A DNA stretch of 64,000 nt from Promethearchaeota archaeon. Lineage in GTDB: Archaea; Asgardarchaeota; Lokiarchaeia; Sigyniarchaeales; SOKP01. Below are positions 10,276 to 21,329 of the stretch, piece by piece. The DNA lies in assembly GCA_048940445.1 (NCBI GenBank), contig JBHLON010000019.1:1-64000 (forward strand). The letters are read 5' to 3'. The notes beneath the pieces were generated by a model. It made no database searches and was not told the origin of the DNA. It was given only the letters and a program-made list of their open reading frames with translations. Position numbers and translations under genes: made by a program. Each line of letters opens with the position of its first letter. The first letter of the stretch is position 1.

Positions 10276-10839
10276 TCATGATTTCAGCAATTCACCAAAA
10301 TTATTAGCAAAATCTTTGATTTGGTCCCAATCTCTATAATCATGCTTTCTACCCTCTGGATTCTCAATTCCTTCCTCATTCTTCATAATACTGATAACAA
10401 TTTTGCGGGTTATACCAGTTAGAGGAGATCCTTCAGTTAAATCATAACATCCCCCAAATGCATCAATTAAGGCTGGCTTTATTCCTAAACTTTGCAATTT
10501 AGAGGTTATATATGAATTTATTGCACTATTTATTTTACTTTTCTCCGCCGCTTCTCCACAACACACATAGAATCCCAATTTAGTTTGACAATTAATTAAT
10601 TCCGATTTCCTCTTTTGCATAAATTTCTTAACACTTTTAGTCCACTTTTTCATTTTAATGCTGGTGCCTATTATAATACCATCGTAATTCTCTAGAAGTG
10701 GAATTTCTTTGGAATTATGTTCATCTAAATCATAACTTTCAGCAGTATTTCCCCCTTTTTGGATTATTTTCTGGATCTCGTTTGAGATTTCTTTAGTCGT
10801 TCCATATCTGGTTCCATATAACATTAAAACTTTACTCAT
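10276..10839 (-). CDS. Flavodoxin-domain protein (HemG-like)
   Basis: LYGTRYGTTKEI FMN loop and DYRDWDQI; probable start is ATG 10839 (MSKVL). Confidence 0.85.
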   Translation of the reverse strand: MSKVLMLYGTRYGTTKEISNEIQKIIQKGGNTAESYDLDEHNSKEIPLLENYDGIIIGTSIKMKKWTKSVKKFMQKRKSELINCQTKLGFYVCCGEAAEKSKINSAINSYITSKLQSLGIKPALIDAFGGCYDLTEGSPLTGITRKIVISIMKNEEGIENPEGRKHDYRDWDQIKDFANNFGELLKS

Positions 10840-11083
10840 AACAATCCCAAATTTTAGATTGAATTCTAAATATCTTATTTTAAAAGTTATTGGCACTATT
10901 TAAATAAATTGAAGACCATTTTTAGAATATTTTAGTTTCTAGATTAATTCTTTTCGTTTCCATCTTTATAGATTATGTTTATTATATTTAAGCAATCCAC
11001 AATAAATTACTTTATTATCTTCTCGGAATATTTTATTTTACATTTTAATTTGATGTAATCTTTTTAAAAATAAGGAAAAACAT

Positions 11084-12571
11084 ATGAGTGAGAATCATTT
11101 CCTCCATGGCTTTTTAAACCCTAAAAGTATTGCTTTTTACGGGGCTAATAATGATGGAAATTCATTAGGATCTCTTCAAATTATGAATTTAGTCATGTCA
11201 GGATACCAGGGTAAAGTCTTTCCAATCCACTTAAAATTAGAATATGTTATGGGGTATAAAGCTTATAAATCTATTCAAGATATTCCACAGATACCTGAAT
11301 TAGTAGTAATTGTTCTTCCTGCTACGATTGTCCCTCAAATTTTTAAAGAGTGTGGAGAAAAAGGAGTTAAAAGAATAATTTTAATTTCAGGTGGATTTCG
11401 TGAGTTAATTGGACAACGTAAAAATAACCTTACTGAAGAAATTAATAATATAGCTAAAGAGTATGGAATTAGATTTATTGGCCCAAACTGCCTAGGTGTA
11501 TTTAATAATTGGTACAGACCAGAAGAAGGAAAGAAATCATTCAATATTTTTATTTGGGAAAATCTAAAAAGGAGTAAATTTTCTATAGCCTCTCAAAGTG
11601 GGACACTCTCCTGCCATATATGGTGGGATCCTCTCAATTTAGATTTAGGTTTGAGCAGATCATTGTCCCTTGGAAATGAAGCAAATGTAGATATAGTAGA
11701 TTGTTTAGAGTATTATAAAGATGATAAATATACTGAAATAATAGGTTTATACGTTGAAGAGATCAAAAGAGGACGAAAATTCTTGAAATTAGCAAAAGAA
11801 ATCACTCCAAAAAAGCCAATTATCGCAATATATAGTGGTGGTACTAATGCTGGTAATCGTGCTTTACAAAGCCATACAGGATCCTTAGCAGGTAGTTCTA
11901 AAATTTATGAAAGTGTTTTTAAGCAGGTAGGGATAATAAATACAGATTATGTACAAGAATTTCTAGATATTGCTTTGATTTTTTCAAAAGGAATATTACC
12001 TAAGGGAGACAGATTAGGCATCATTACGAATTCGGGAGGCCCAGGAGTAATGGTGGCAAATAACGCAGAAAAACATGGCGTATTAATTCCAGAATTTTCA
12101 GAATCACTCCAAAAAGAGTTAAAAGAGATGCTTCCCTCTACAGCAAGTACTAAGAATCCTGTAGACTGTACATTTGATGTAACCTTCTCAAAATTTTATA
12201 TAAATTTACCGGAAATATTAATGAAATCAGGAGAAATAGACGCACTTATCCAATATGGAGTATACGGATTCCAAGATATTTTGGATAAGTATTTTAAATA
12301 TGATAGAATAGTTAAAAATGCTAAATTTCAACAGTTACCTGAAGAAAAAGTTATTAAATTAGCTCAAAACTTAATCCAACCAACAATTATAAATTCTAAA
12401 AAGTATTCGATTCCAATCTTATATGTAAATCCAATGAATCTAAATAGCCAGTGGTCAAAAATTTTACGTGATAACGGAGCAATATTATTTAAGTTATGGG
12501 ATCGCCCAGTAAATGCATTAGCTAAAATTGTGGATTATGTTAGATTTATTAATAAATTTAAAACTGGATGA
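11084..12571 (+). CDS. Acyl-CoA synthetase (NDP-forming), alpha-type CoA-binding protein
   Basis: PKSIA..GA, IGPNCLG, SQSG, SHTGSLAG phospho-His motif, TNSGGPG, NPVD. Confidence 0.9.
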   Translation: MSENHFLHGFLNPKSIAFYGANNDGNSLGSLQIMNLVMSGYQGKVFPIHLKLEYVMGYKAYKSIQDIPQIPELVVIVLPATIVPQIFKECGEKGVKRIILISGGFRELIGQRKNNLTEEINNIAKEYGIRFIGPNCLGVFNNWYRPEEGKKSFNIFIWENLKRSKFSIASQSGTLSCHIWWDPLNLDLGLSRSLSLGNEANVDIVDCLEYYKDDKYTEIIGLYVEEIKRGRKFLKLAKEITPKKPIIAIYSGGTNAGNRALQSHTGSLAGSSKIYESVFKQVGIINTDYVQEFLDIALIFSKGILPKGDRLGIITNSGGPGVMVANNAEKHGVLIPEFSESLQKELKEMLPSTASTKNPVDCTFDVTFSKFYINLPEILMKSGEIDALIQYGVYGFQDILDKYFKYDRIVKNAKFQQLPEEKVIKLAQNLIQPTIINSKKYSIPILYVNPMNLNSQWSKILRDNGAILFKLWDRPVNALAKIVDYVRFINKFKTG

Positions 12572-12583
12572 GATCTAAAAAGA

Positions 12584-13408
12584 TTAAATTCTATTTTCTT
12601 TAAACCATTTTACAGCAAAATCCACCATTTTCCTTTGAGACAATAAACGACTTTCTGCAAGTCCTACTTTTTTAGGCTTATATTGGATTAATAATTCATA
12701 ATTTCGGCCTAATTGATCAAAATCATCAATACTATGGTTTAGTTCATTCCAAATAAACCATCTTCTTCCATTTTTGACTTTTATAGCAGAAGCATTCGGC
12801 GTGTATTTTTTACCCTTATAGTCGCATCTGTATTCAGCTAAATGGAGGGATGTATTGCTCTCATGTGAAACTCCTAAAAGTAAGATTTGACCATCTAGAT
12901 CATAAATACGGGATAAAGGAGAATTTTCTCCTAGATCCGAATTTAAATCATGAATCTTTGTTATCTTTTTCGCATATTTACCCCAAGCTGCAAAAGATGA
13001 AACAGGATGGGTACTTCTAAAAACTTTCGGAAAACTTCGAAAAGTTTCAACAATTCTTCCCATTCCTCTGGTTGGTGTAGTCATTGGTTCAAATTCGGGC
13101 ATATTTTCTCTTATTATTTTCCACCATTTTTCAGGTACAGGTGGATTCTGCCAATTGGAAGGTTCAGTATTATCACCGGTAAAAGTGGGCATAATTAATG
13201 TTCCTTTTGGTGTTAAAATTTCCATCATTGCTTTTATGACGGATATAGGACCACCAATTGTCCATCCAATGCTACTCAGAGAGCTATGCATTATTATAAT
13301 TGCCTTTTCTTGTATCCCAAGGTTTTTTAGATCTTGTTTTAAGGAGTTTTTAGTATTCGGAGTATGAGTCTTATTGATTGTATCAAATTCCTTTTCTACA
13401 TATGTCAT
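12584..13408 (-). CDS. AAC(3)-family N-acetyltransferase
   Basis: HSSLSSIG, GTLIMPT, RSTHP..SFAAWG, NTSLHLAE. Confidence 0.9.
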   Translation of the reverse strand: MTYVEKEFDTINKTHTPNTKNSLKQDLKNLGIQEKAIIIMHSSLSSIGWTIGGPISVIKAMMEILTPKGTLIMPTFTGDNTEPSNWQNPPVPEKWWKIIRENMPEFEPMTTPTRGMGRIVETFRSFPKVFRSTHPVSSFAAWGKYAKKITKIHDLNSDLGENSPLSRIYDLDGQILLLGVSHESNTSLHLAEYRCDYKGKKYTPNASAIKVKNGRRWFIWNELNHSIDDFDQLGRNYELLIQYKPKKVGLAESRLLSQRKMVDFAVKWFKENRI

Positions 13409-13544
13409 AATATCAAGTGGAAAAATTATTGAAATAAGATAAAATTTAATAAAAAATGATAAGATGGAACTAGGATCAAAATATTTAATTTTAAAATTTA
13501 TCCAAAATTACTAAAATAAACTCAAGAAATTTTAAACATAAAAG

Positions 13545-15545
13545 GTGTTAAATATTTCAGATGTAAGGAAAAAATTATGGGAACCCTCAGATGTTTGGAA
13601 ACAAAATACTGAGGTAACTCGATTTATTAATTATGTCAATAAAAAGTACGGACAAAGTATTAAAAATGGAAAGGAACTCTATAAATGGTCTGTTGATAAG
13701 ATAACTGATTTCTGGGAAGCGATGTGGGACTTTGGAAAAATAATTTATTCTAAAAGATATGATAAGGTGGTTGAGGATTTAAATGTTTTTCCAGGAACAG
13801 AATGGTTTGTTGGTAGTCGTCTCAATTTTGCTGAGAACCTTTTAAAATACAAAGATAATCAACTAGCATTTATTTTTCAAGGAGAAACTAAATTATTTAA
13901 GCAAATAACTTATGCAGAGTTAAATAAGAATGTAGCTCGATTATCAAAAGCTTTAAAAGAGAGTGGAGTAGAAATTGGTGATCGGGTAGTATCATACATA
14001 CCAAATCTTATTGAAACTCCAACTGCTATGCTAGCTACTACTGCTATAGGTGCTATTTGGGCATCTTGTGGTGCTGAACTTCAAGCTAGTGCTGTAATTG
14101 ATAGATTTAGTCAAATAGAACCTAAAATCCTATTTACAGTAGATGGGTATTATTACCGAGGACAAATCTATGATATTAGAGAAAATGTAAAAAAAGTAAT
14201 CGAAGCTATTCCCTCTATTGAGAAAGTGATAGTGGTTTCTTATGTCTCTGATGGTAAAGTGGATGTTAATGACATTCCAAAAGCCATAAATTGGGAAGAT
14301 TTCATATCAAAAGAGTTAGATCTAATACCTAAATTTGAACAACTCCCTTTTAGTCACCCTGTCTACATAATGTTTTCTTCTGGTACAACAGGAGCTCCAA
14401 AATGCATTGTACAAAGTGCTGGCGGTGTTCTTATTAATCATTTAAAAGAACTTATCCTATCTACAGATTGCAAAAGAAGTGATGTGATAAACTATATCAC
14501 TGCCCCAAGTTGGATGATGTGGAATTGGTTGATAAGTGCTCTAGCAGTTGGTACAACTATTTTCTTATACGATGGGAATCCTCTTTATCCGGATCCACTT
14601 AGATTTTTTGAATTGATTGAAAAACATAAAATTTCAATATTTGGAACAAGTGCTGCTTATATCCATTATCTTATGGGACTTAATGCTAAACCTGCTGAGA
14701 AGTATAATTTAAGCTCACTTAGGGAAATCTCTCAAACCGCATCTACATTATCTCCAGAAGGATTTGAATATGTATACCGCGAAATTAAAAACGATTTGTT
14801 CTTTAACTCGATAAGTGGTGGAACTGACATTAATGGTTGTTTTGCTGGGGCAATTCCTATTTTACCTGTATACTCTGGTGAATTACAAGGAAGAGCACTT
14901 GGAATGAAAGTGGAGGCTTATAATGATAATGCAGAGCCGGTGGAAGATGAGCAAGCGGAACTTGTGTGTGAAGCACCTGCACCCTCAATGCCCGTATACT
15001 TTTGGGGGGATGATACAAATATGACTAAATATAAAGCAGCTTATTTTGACTTCTTTAAAAATGAAGGTAAAAATGTATGGAGACATGGTGATTATATTAT
15101 AATACATAGTAATACTGGTGGAATTACCTTCTGGGGGCGATCAGATGCAGTGCTTAAACCAAGTGGAGTACGCATAGGGACTGCGGAAATCTATAATGTT
15201 GTGGAACAATTGCCGGAAATAGCAGATTCATTAGTGATCGGGCAACAATGGGAAGGTGATATACGAATTGTAATGTTTGTGCTTTTAAATGAGGGAAAAC
15301 AACTAACAGAAGAATTAAAGACTAAAATACGCCAAACAATCCGAGAAAAGACTAGTCCAAGGCATGTTCCTAAACTAATCTTCGCGGCACCCCCTGATGG
15401 TATTCCATATACATTTTCTAACAAAAAAGTTGAGATTGCAGTAACTAAAATAATACACGGAATGGAAATCGCTAATCGTGGAGCCCTCAGAAATCCTGAG
15501 TCGTTAGATTTCTATATTGAAATGAAAGACAAACTTCAAAGTTAA
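13545..15545 (+). CDS. Acetoacetate-CoA ligase
   Basis: LNFAENLL, FSSGTTGAPKCIV, SISGGTD, WRHGD, GRSDAVLKPSGVRIGTAEIY, NPESL. Confidence 0.93.
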   Translation: MLNISDVRKKLWEPSDVWKQNTEVTRFINYVNKKYGQSIKNGKELYKWSVDKITDFWEAMWDFGKIIYSKRYDKVVEDLNVFPGTEWFVGSRLNFAENLLKYKDNQLAFIFQGETKLFKQITYAELNKNVARLSKALKESGVEIGDRVVSYIPNLIETPTAMLATTAIGAIWASCGAELQASAVIDRFSQIEPKILFTVDGYYYRGQIYDIRENVKKVIEAIPSIEKVIVVSYVSDGKVDVNDIPKAINWEDFISKELDLIPKFEQLPFSHPVYIMFSSGTTGAPKCIVQSAGGVLINHLKELILSTDCKRSDVINYITAPSWMMWNWLISALAVGTTIFLYDGNPLYPDPLRFFELIEKHKISIFGTSAAYIHYLMGLNAKPAEKYNLSSLREISQTASTLSPEGFEYVYREIKNDLFFNSISGGTDINGCFAGAIPILPVYSGELQGRALGMKVEAYNDNAEPVEDEQAELVCEAPAPSMPVYFWGDDTNMTKYKAAYFDFFKNEGKNVWRHGDYIIIHSNTGGITFWGRSDAVLKPSGVRIGTAEIYNVVEQLPEIADSLVIGQQWEGDIRIVMFVLLNEGKQLTEELKTKIRQTIREKTSPRHVPKLIFAAPPDGIPYTFSNKKVEIAVTKIIHGMEIANRGALRNPESLDFYIEMKDKLQS

Positions 15546-15723
15546 ATCCTTTTTTTTAAACTTATTTTTAACAATTATGTCATATGTTAAAATAACTTAA
15601 AAAATGTATTTTCTCTCCACGTAGAATAATGAAATGAAATTATGGTGACCAAAATTATTCTCCCCTAAGAAGTCACAAACCGTGACGCCCTCCGAAATCT
15701 TTAATTTAATCTTTTATAAAGAA

Positions 15724-16176
15724 TTATAGTAAATCATCAAGGAGATCGCCAACATCTTCCTCAAATTCTCTTGGACCAGCAAATAGTTCTAGAAAAATCG
15801 TACTAATCCCAAAGAAATCCATATCTGTAAGTGTTTCAATGCCTTCTCCTCTTAAATATATCTTTTCATTGTTGATATGATTCTGTATTTCACCTTTATC
15901 TTTATAAAAAGACAATATAAGTTCATCACTTCCGCTATAAAAAATGTTATTCTCTTTTAAATAACCTTGTTCCTCAAAATCCCAATCATCATTTAATGTT
16001 ATTTTACCATCATCTTTAATATACAACAAGGGATAACCGTTTTTATCCTTAGCAGCATTTCTATCTAAGTAACCCAATAATTTTTTTTTCTTACTCAAGT
16101 ATTTTTTCCCATCAACAAATCCTATAATCTTATCCTTTTTTTTACCTTTCATATATACTTCAATCATTAGATTCAC
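15724..16176 (-). CDS. Hypothetical protein
   Basis: 150-aa ORF, no recognised motif. Confidence 0.55.
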   Translation of the reverse strand: MNLMIEVYMKGKKKDKIIGFVDGKKYLSKKKKLLGYLDRNAAKDKNGYPLLYIKDDGKITLNDDWDFEEQGYLKENNIFYSGSDELILSFYKDKGEIQNHINNEKIYLRGEGIETLTDMDFFGISTIFLELFAGPREFEEDVGDLLDDLL

Positions 16177-16322
16177 CCATAATTTTAATAATATATAAAG
16201 AAAATACCTATATAAATGCTAAACCTAACATAATCTAAAAGAAACATATTACTTTCAATTGCCCTTAAATTAAGATATTATTTTGCTCTATATGCAATTT
16301 TTTTGATTAAGAAATGAAAGAG

Positions 16323-16994
16323 TTACATTGAAATGAAGGGAACAAGTAATAGCCATCCTCCCAAAATTATCTCAAAAATAAAAATTAACAACCCTCCTAT
16401 ATTCCAGAGAATTTTAAAGTTAGATTTTATAAGAAATATTCCATCACCCAAACCATAAAGGACGCTAGCAACAATTCCAAACCATCCGATAATTATTGGT
16501 ATAACTCCATAGGCAATAAACAAGATTGAATATGCGAGCGTTCCTATGAAAAATAATATCTGTGCGATTGCGAATCTAAACTCTTTTGTTTTAAGGATGC
16601 TACGACCTGAATCAATTAACTTATCTTTTTCAGAACTGCGTGTATCTGAGTATTTCATTGCTAGACTAAGAAGTCCCCAATAATTCTTTTTATCATAAAT
16701 TTGGATCAAGGCTTCTCCTATTCGAAAGATACACCAGATAATTCCTAGAATTAGATTATAAGAACCAAAAGCAATAAATAACGTTATGGCAAGAGAAATT
16801 ATGCTAAGATGCTCTATGAGGATTAATATTACACTAACTGTGAATTTTATTGGACTCTTGTTAATCTTTTGTAACTGAGCTTCTGAGTCCCATTTACCTA
16901 ATGTTTTATAACCAAATACACTACTTGCAAGGTTTGTAATTATAATAAATAGAAAGAGAAATCCAGATAATGGAATTTCGATACTCAAGGGCAA
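16323..16994 (-). CDS. DUF4386-like multi-pass membrane protein
   Basis: About 6 hydrophobic helices; RIGEA, IP.IIGWFG, FEIILGGWLL. Confidence 0.7.
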   Translation of the reverse strand: MPLSIEIPLSGFLFLFIIITNLASSVFGYKTLGKWDSEAQLQKINKSPIKFTVSVILILIEHLSIISLAITLFIAFGSYNLILGIIWCIFRIGEALIQIYDKKNYWGLLSLAMKYSDTRSSEKDKLIDSGRSILKTKEFRFAIAQILFFIGTLAYSILFIAYGVIPIIIGWFGIVASVLYGLGDGIFLIKSNFKILWNIGGLLIFIFEIILGGWLLLVPFISM

Positions 16995-17180
16995 TCCTCC
17001 AATTATTATTTTGAATCTATAATCTGTATCCTAACTTTTTATTATCTTTTTTATATTATTCCTAATACATTTAGCATTAAAAAAGTTGAGTTAAAAAGAT
17101 AATCTATTAAATAGCGGTAATAAATAGAAGAGCTCTAAAAACTCAAGTTCTACGACTTCGAAAAGTTTTTACTGTGATCA

Positions 17181-17834
17181 TTAAGACTTTCTTAAATATG
17201 GACATGATAAAATACATACCATACATCCATTATCACCCAAGCAAGTCTTAATATCTAGAACATCTTCCCGAGTTTTGGGGTGATCATCGAATGCCACGAA
17301 ACTGAGCGCATCTTGAGGACATGCTTCTATACACTTTTGGCAGTTACCACATTCATTTCTAATTGTTTGATTTGTTTGAAGCGGTAGATCTGTTAAAATA
17401 GCAATTAGCCGATGTAATGGGCCATATTTTGGAGAAACAATTAATAACGACCTACCTTGCCAACCAAACCCTGCTGCTTTAGCTAATAATTTCAGAGATA
17501 TGAATCCCAGGCGATTAATGGGATCAAATTCATCTTCTGTATGAATAATAAGTTGCCTATAACCCTTACTTTCTAAATATTCCATTACAGAAAACGCCGC
17601 TTCTTCCAAAAATAATGCGGTTCTGCCACCAGAGGCTTTTTTCCCTAACTTCCCATATTGAGCTCCTAAGACAATGGCATATGGAAACATATTTATGAAT
17701 TTTTTACTATCCGTAGGAATTCCGGTTTCAATTTCCATTAATTGACGCATGTCGGCGAAACCATAAATATCAATTCCCAGGTTTTTAATGTAATTTCTAA
17801 GATTTTTCGTTTCTATTACCATTTGTTGGTCCAT
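17181..17834 (-). CDS. Epoxyqueuosine reductase-like (QueG/RdhA-like) Fe-S protein
   Basis: AKAAGFGWQG..L.VSPKYGP..RL..ILTD, CxxCxxCxxxCP, CxxCxxxCP. Confidence 0.8.
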   Translation of the reverse strand: MDQQMVIETKNLRNYIKNLGIDIYGFADMRQLMEIETGIPTDSKKFINMFPYAIVLGAQYGKLGKKASGGRTALFLEEAAFSVMEYLESKGYRQLIIHTEDEFDPINRLGFISLKLLAKAAGFGWQGRSLLIVSPKYGPLHRLIAILTDLPLQTNQTIRNECGNCQKCIEACPQDALSFVAFDDHPKTREDVLDIKTCLGDNGCMVCILSCPYLRKS

Positions 17835-17873
17835 TTTCTACAACTTTTTTTATATTTTTTAAATTATGATTTT

Positions 17874-17942
17874 TTAATATAAAACATATTTAAACTTAAG
17901 AACCTCAGGAGTTCCATACCTTGTACATACAATTGCCTTCAT
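17874..17942 (-). pseudogene. N-terminal remnant of a third MDR/alcohol dehydrogenase gene
   Basis: ATG 17942 reads MKAIVCTRYGTPEVLKFKYVLY*, matching the N-termini of the two adjacent genes. Confidence 0.8.
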
Positions 17943-17947
17943 TAGAA

Positions 17948-18910
17948 TTACTCCAAGGTTATTACAACATTTCCCTTCTTGTGCCCTTGCTCTACATACC
18001 TATGAGCTTCAACTATTTCCTCCAATGGATAAATTCTATCTATAGCTGATCTTAAATTTCCTGTCTCAATTAATTCCTTGAGGAAGGTTAAGTTTTCAAC
18101 TTTTAATTTGTTTGGGGAATCTTTTATAACATTAAGATAAATACCAGTCTCCTTGAGTGCTTTTTTACCGTATGATGATGAAATTCGAGCCACAGCATCA
18201 AAAATAACATCATATTTAGTTCCGCTTTGAGTAAAATCTTCTTGGGTATAATCAATGACTTTATCTGCCCCTAATGATTTTACCATTTCTAAATTGGTTG
18301 TACTACAAACCCCAGTGACTTCTGCTCCAAAATACTTGGCAAGCTGCACTGCAAAGGTTCCAACACTTCCTGAAGCTCCATAAATCAGGATCTTTTGTCC
18401 ACTCTGAATATTTGCCTTTCTAAGAACCGTCAAAGCTGTAACTCCCCCTGAAGCAAAGCCACCTGCCGCTTCTGGATAGCTTATATTGGTAGGTTTTAGT
18501 GCTAATATTCCATCTTCAGGTAGACACTTGTTTTCAGCATAAGCACCAAATTTGAATTCAGTTGATGCAAAAATAGCGTCCCCTATATTATAAAACTTTA
18601 CATCTTCTCCGATAGCTTCAATTTCCCCCGATAATTCCATGCCTAGTATAGGTCTCTTAGGTTTTCTGATACCTAGCATGAGATGTAACATAAAAGTTTG
18701 AAATTTGGAAGTTGGATGTTTACCCCTTCGAACTATAACATCCCCGATTGTTACTGAAGTTGCGTGTATTTTAATTAGTATTTCATTGTCTTTGGGAATG
18801 GGTTTTTCCACCTCTTCGAGTTGAAGAACCTCTGGAGGTCCATATTTTGTACATACAATCGCTTTCATAACATTCTCTTTTAAATTATCCACCATTTCAT
18901 TTTCACTCAT
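17948..18910 (-). CDS. NAD(P)-dependent MDR oxidoreductase (QOR/ADH-like)
   Basis: [31 protein letters not shown]. Confidence 0.9.
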   Translation of the reverse strand: MSENEMVDNLKENVMKAIVCTKYGPPEVLQLEEVEKPIPKDNEILIKIHATSVTIGDVIVRRGKHPTSKFQTFMLHLMLGIRKPKRPILGMELSGEIEAIGEDVKFYNIGDAIFASTEFKFGAYAENKCLPEDGILALKPTNISYPEAAGGFASGGVTALTVLRKANIQSGQKILIYGASGSVGTFAVQLAKYFGAEVTGVCSTTNLEMVKSLGADKVIDYTQEDFTQSGTKYDVIFDAVARISSSYGKKALKETGIYLNVIKDSPNKLKVENLTFLKELIETGNLRSAIDRIYPLEEIVEAHRYVEQGHKKGNVVITLE

Positions 18911-18915
18911 TTTAT

Positions 18916-19887
18916 TTAATTCTCCATAATTATTACTATTTTTCCTTTGTGGTGGTTTCCTTCAAAATACCGGAAAGCGTCAGGAACTTTCCTTAAAGGA
19001 TAACGTTTATCTATAAAAGGGACCACATTACCACTTTTAATTAACTTAAGAATGCAATTGATGTCTTTTTCATTGTTAGGTCTCCAAACTGCAATACTCA
19101 TTTTTTTATTCCCAAATAAAGGAATAAATGGTCCAATGAATAATGTTTGGAGAATGTACTTCCCAGATCCTCCAACAACTTTATAAGTTCCCTTGGGATT
19201 CAAACAACGCTTATAATTGAAAATAGAATGATGAGCTTGCATATCAAGGATCATATGATATCGTTCTCCACTCTTTGTGAAATCTTGTTGAGTGTAATCA
19301 ATGACATGATCAGCACCAATTGAGAGTAACATGTCTAATTTCTCTGAATTATCTACCCCAGTAACCTCTGCTCCAAAATACTTAGCAATCTGTACCGCAA
19401 AGGAACCCATCCCTCCTCCTGCACCATTAATCAAAATTTTTTGTTCTGGTTTAAAGCGTAGAATTTGTTTCTTATTACGAAGACCTTGGAGTGCAGCGAC
19501 TGCTGATTGAGGTATTGTAGCTGCTTCCTCGAATGTTAAGTTCTCGGGTTTCAACCTTAATTTTCCTTCAGGAACACATACATACTCTGCAAAAGCACCA
19601 TACTTTACCAATGATGTATCCCCAAATACTTCATCACCCTTCTGGAACTGTTTTACATCTTTTCCAATTTCATGAATCTTCCCTGCTATGTCAGTTCCAA
19701 GTATCTTGAATCTGGGCTTATGAATGAGAGGTTGCATTCTACCTCTGAGTATTTCAACGTCCATCGAATTGATAGATGATGCATGAATCTTTACAAGTAC
19801 TTCATTTTCTCTAGGTGTAGGAGTCTCAACCTCTTCGAATTTAAGAACATCTGGAGATCCAAATTTAGGGCATATAATCGCTTTCAT
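18916..19887 (-). CDS. NAD(P)-dependent MDR oxidoreductase (tandem paralog)
   Basis: [30 protein letters not shown]. Confidence 0.9.
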   Translation of the reverse strand: MKAIICPKFGSPDVLKFEEVETPTPRENEVLVKIHASSINSMDVEILRGRMQPLIHKPRFKILGTDIAGKIHEIGKDVKQFQKGDEVFGDTSLVKYGAFAEYVCVPEGKLRLKPENLTFEEAATIPQSAVAALQGLRNKKQILRFKPEQKILINGAGGGMGSFAVQIAKYFGAEVTGVDNSEKLDMLLSIGADHVIDYTQQDFTKSGERYHMILDMQAHHSIFNYKRCLNPKGTYKVVGGSGKYILQTLFIGPFIPLFGNKKMSIAVWRPNNEKDINCILKLIKSGNVVPFIDKRYPLRKVPDAFRYFEGNHHKGKIVIIMEN

Positions 19888-19948
19888 AATTGATACTTAT
19901 CTGATTTTTTTTTATTAAAATCTTTTTAAAAAAAATGATTTTTAAATA

Positions 19949-20203
19949 TTATCTTCCTTTTTTTCGGATATAAATATATATAATTGTCTCAAGAGCCAGA
20001 ATGACAATTAACCCAATAAACACATACAAATATTCAATTGGAAGTTCCCAAATATAGGTTTTAAAATCAACAAGTATGTGCCCCCCATATGAAAACTCAT
20101 AATAGGAAAGAACACCATTAGAATTATATCTAACATTTATATCAATGGCTACGCTGTTATTTTCAAATCCAAATGCAGGAATGTTTAATAAAAAGCCATC
20201 CAA
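19949..20203 (-). pseudogene. Probable C-terminal fragment of a membrane-anchored surface protein
   Basis: Short TTG-initiated ORF with C-terminal TM plus RKKGR tail, no signal peptide, and an in-frame stop shortly upstream. Confidence 0.45.
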
Positions 20204-20428
20204 TAATTTCTTTATATTCAGCCAAATCTTCCACTATCAAATTAATTTTTTAGAAGTTTTGTTTCTTTTTTAAATACTTACTTTCATTTATAGTTTCATT
20301 TTATTAATTTTAACGGGGGCTGAAACTAGAAGGTAATTTTTAATATTATAATAAAAAATCATCGTGCATGTTTTTTCTATATTCTATAGAGAACACATTA
20401 TAATATCTTATTTCTCTTTATATTAAGC

Positions 20429-21046
20429 ATGGATTCCTATGAAAAAATCCCTGATATGAAAATAGCACCTGTTGGAGTATTATCAAAAAAATTTTTAGAA
20501 TTAGGTGTACAATCATTTAAAGAAGCTTGTAACTACGTGCATAATACTGATTATGGATATAATACTGATTATGATGACAAAATGATTTTCTTTAAAGAAA
20601 ACATGGGAACTTGTACGACTAAACATGCAGTTATCGCAGGATTGGCGGCAGAATTAGGGATTCCTCTCTATAAAGAGATAGGAATTTATAAATTTACAGA
20701 AAAAATCTCTACTGGGGCAGATGAAATTTTAAGAAGATATAGCTTACCTTATATTCCTATGGTTCACTGCTTTTTAATCTATAAGGATTATCGATTTGAT
20801 TTAACAGAGGACAATTGTAACGGTAAAAATACTCATATAGATGAATTTATTCATACTGAAACAGTAGATCCATTTATCACTCAAAAGGATGAATATCTGC
20901 TTTATAAAAGAGTACTAAAACAGAAAGTACTTCAATCCAAGGAAATGCAGGGAATAAATGAAAAGCAAATACTTAAAGCAAGAGGAGAAGCTATCCAACT
21001 ACTAAAAAAGAATACAGAACTCCAGAAGAAACAAAGATTGAGTTAG
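20429..21046 (+). CDS. Hypothetical protein (possible transglutaminase-like Cys/His/Asp)
   Basis: 205 aa; GTCTTKHA, HCFL, DLT. Confidence 0.6.
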   Translation: MDSYEKIPDMKIAPVGVLSKKFLELGVQSFKEACNYVHNTDYGYNTDYDDKMIFFKENMGTCTTKHAVIAGLAAELGIPLYKEIGIYKFTEKISTGADEILRRYSLPYIPMVHCFLIYKDYRFDLTEDNCNGKNTHIDEFIHTETVDPFITQKDEYLLYKRVLKQKVLQSKEMQGINEKQILKARGEAIQLLKKNTELQKKQRLS

Positions 21047-21329
21047 TTTAAAATTTCATAAGTCTTATTGGCTTCTATTATTCTATACATATAGTTCAAA
21101 AGCCCAACACTTTTTTGCTTTTAACTAAAAACACAAAATACATATATGATCTAATTCTATCTAATTGGATTGTAAATAAAGATAATAGATAGTATTTTAT
21201 TTTTGAAATATTATTTCGCAAATATTGCGAAGTTCTATACTTTACACCGATTTTCAACTAATAAAAGCATTTTGAGATCTTAAGTAAATCGGATTTACAA
21301 TTTTAAATTGTAAAGAGAGTCAAAAAATT

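Noticed and set aside
12584-13408. AAC(3) as an acquired resistance gene
   Set aside because: The family is widespread chromosomally, composition matches the host, and there is no mobile context
15640-15700. GC-richer patch with GTCAC-N5-GTGAC
   Set aside because: Too short, not repeated, and no tRNA or ncRNA fold evident
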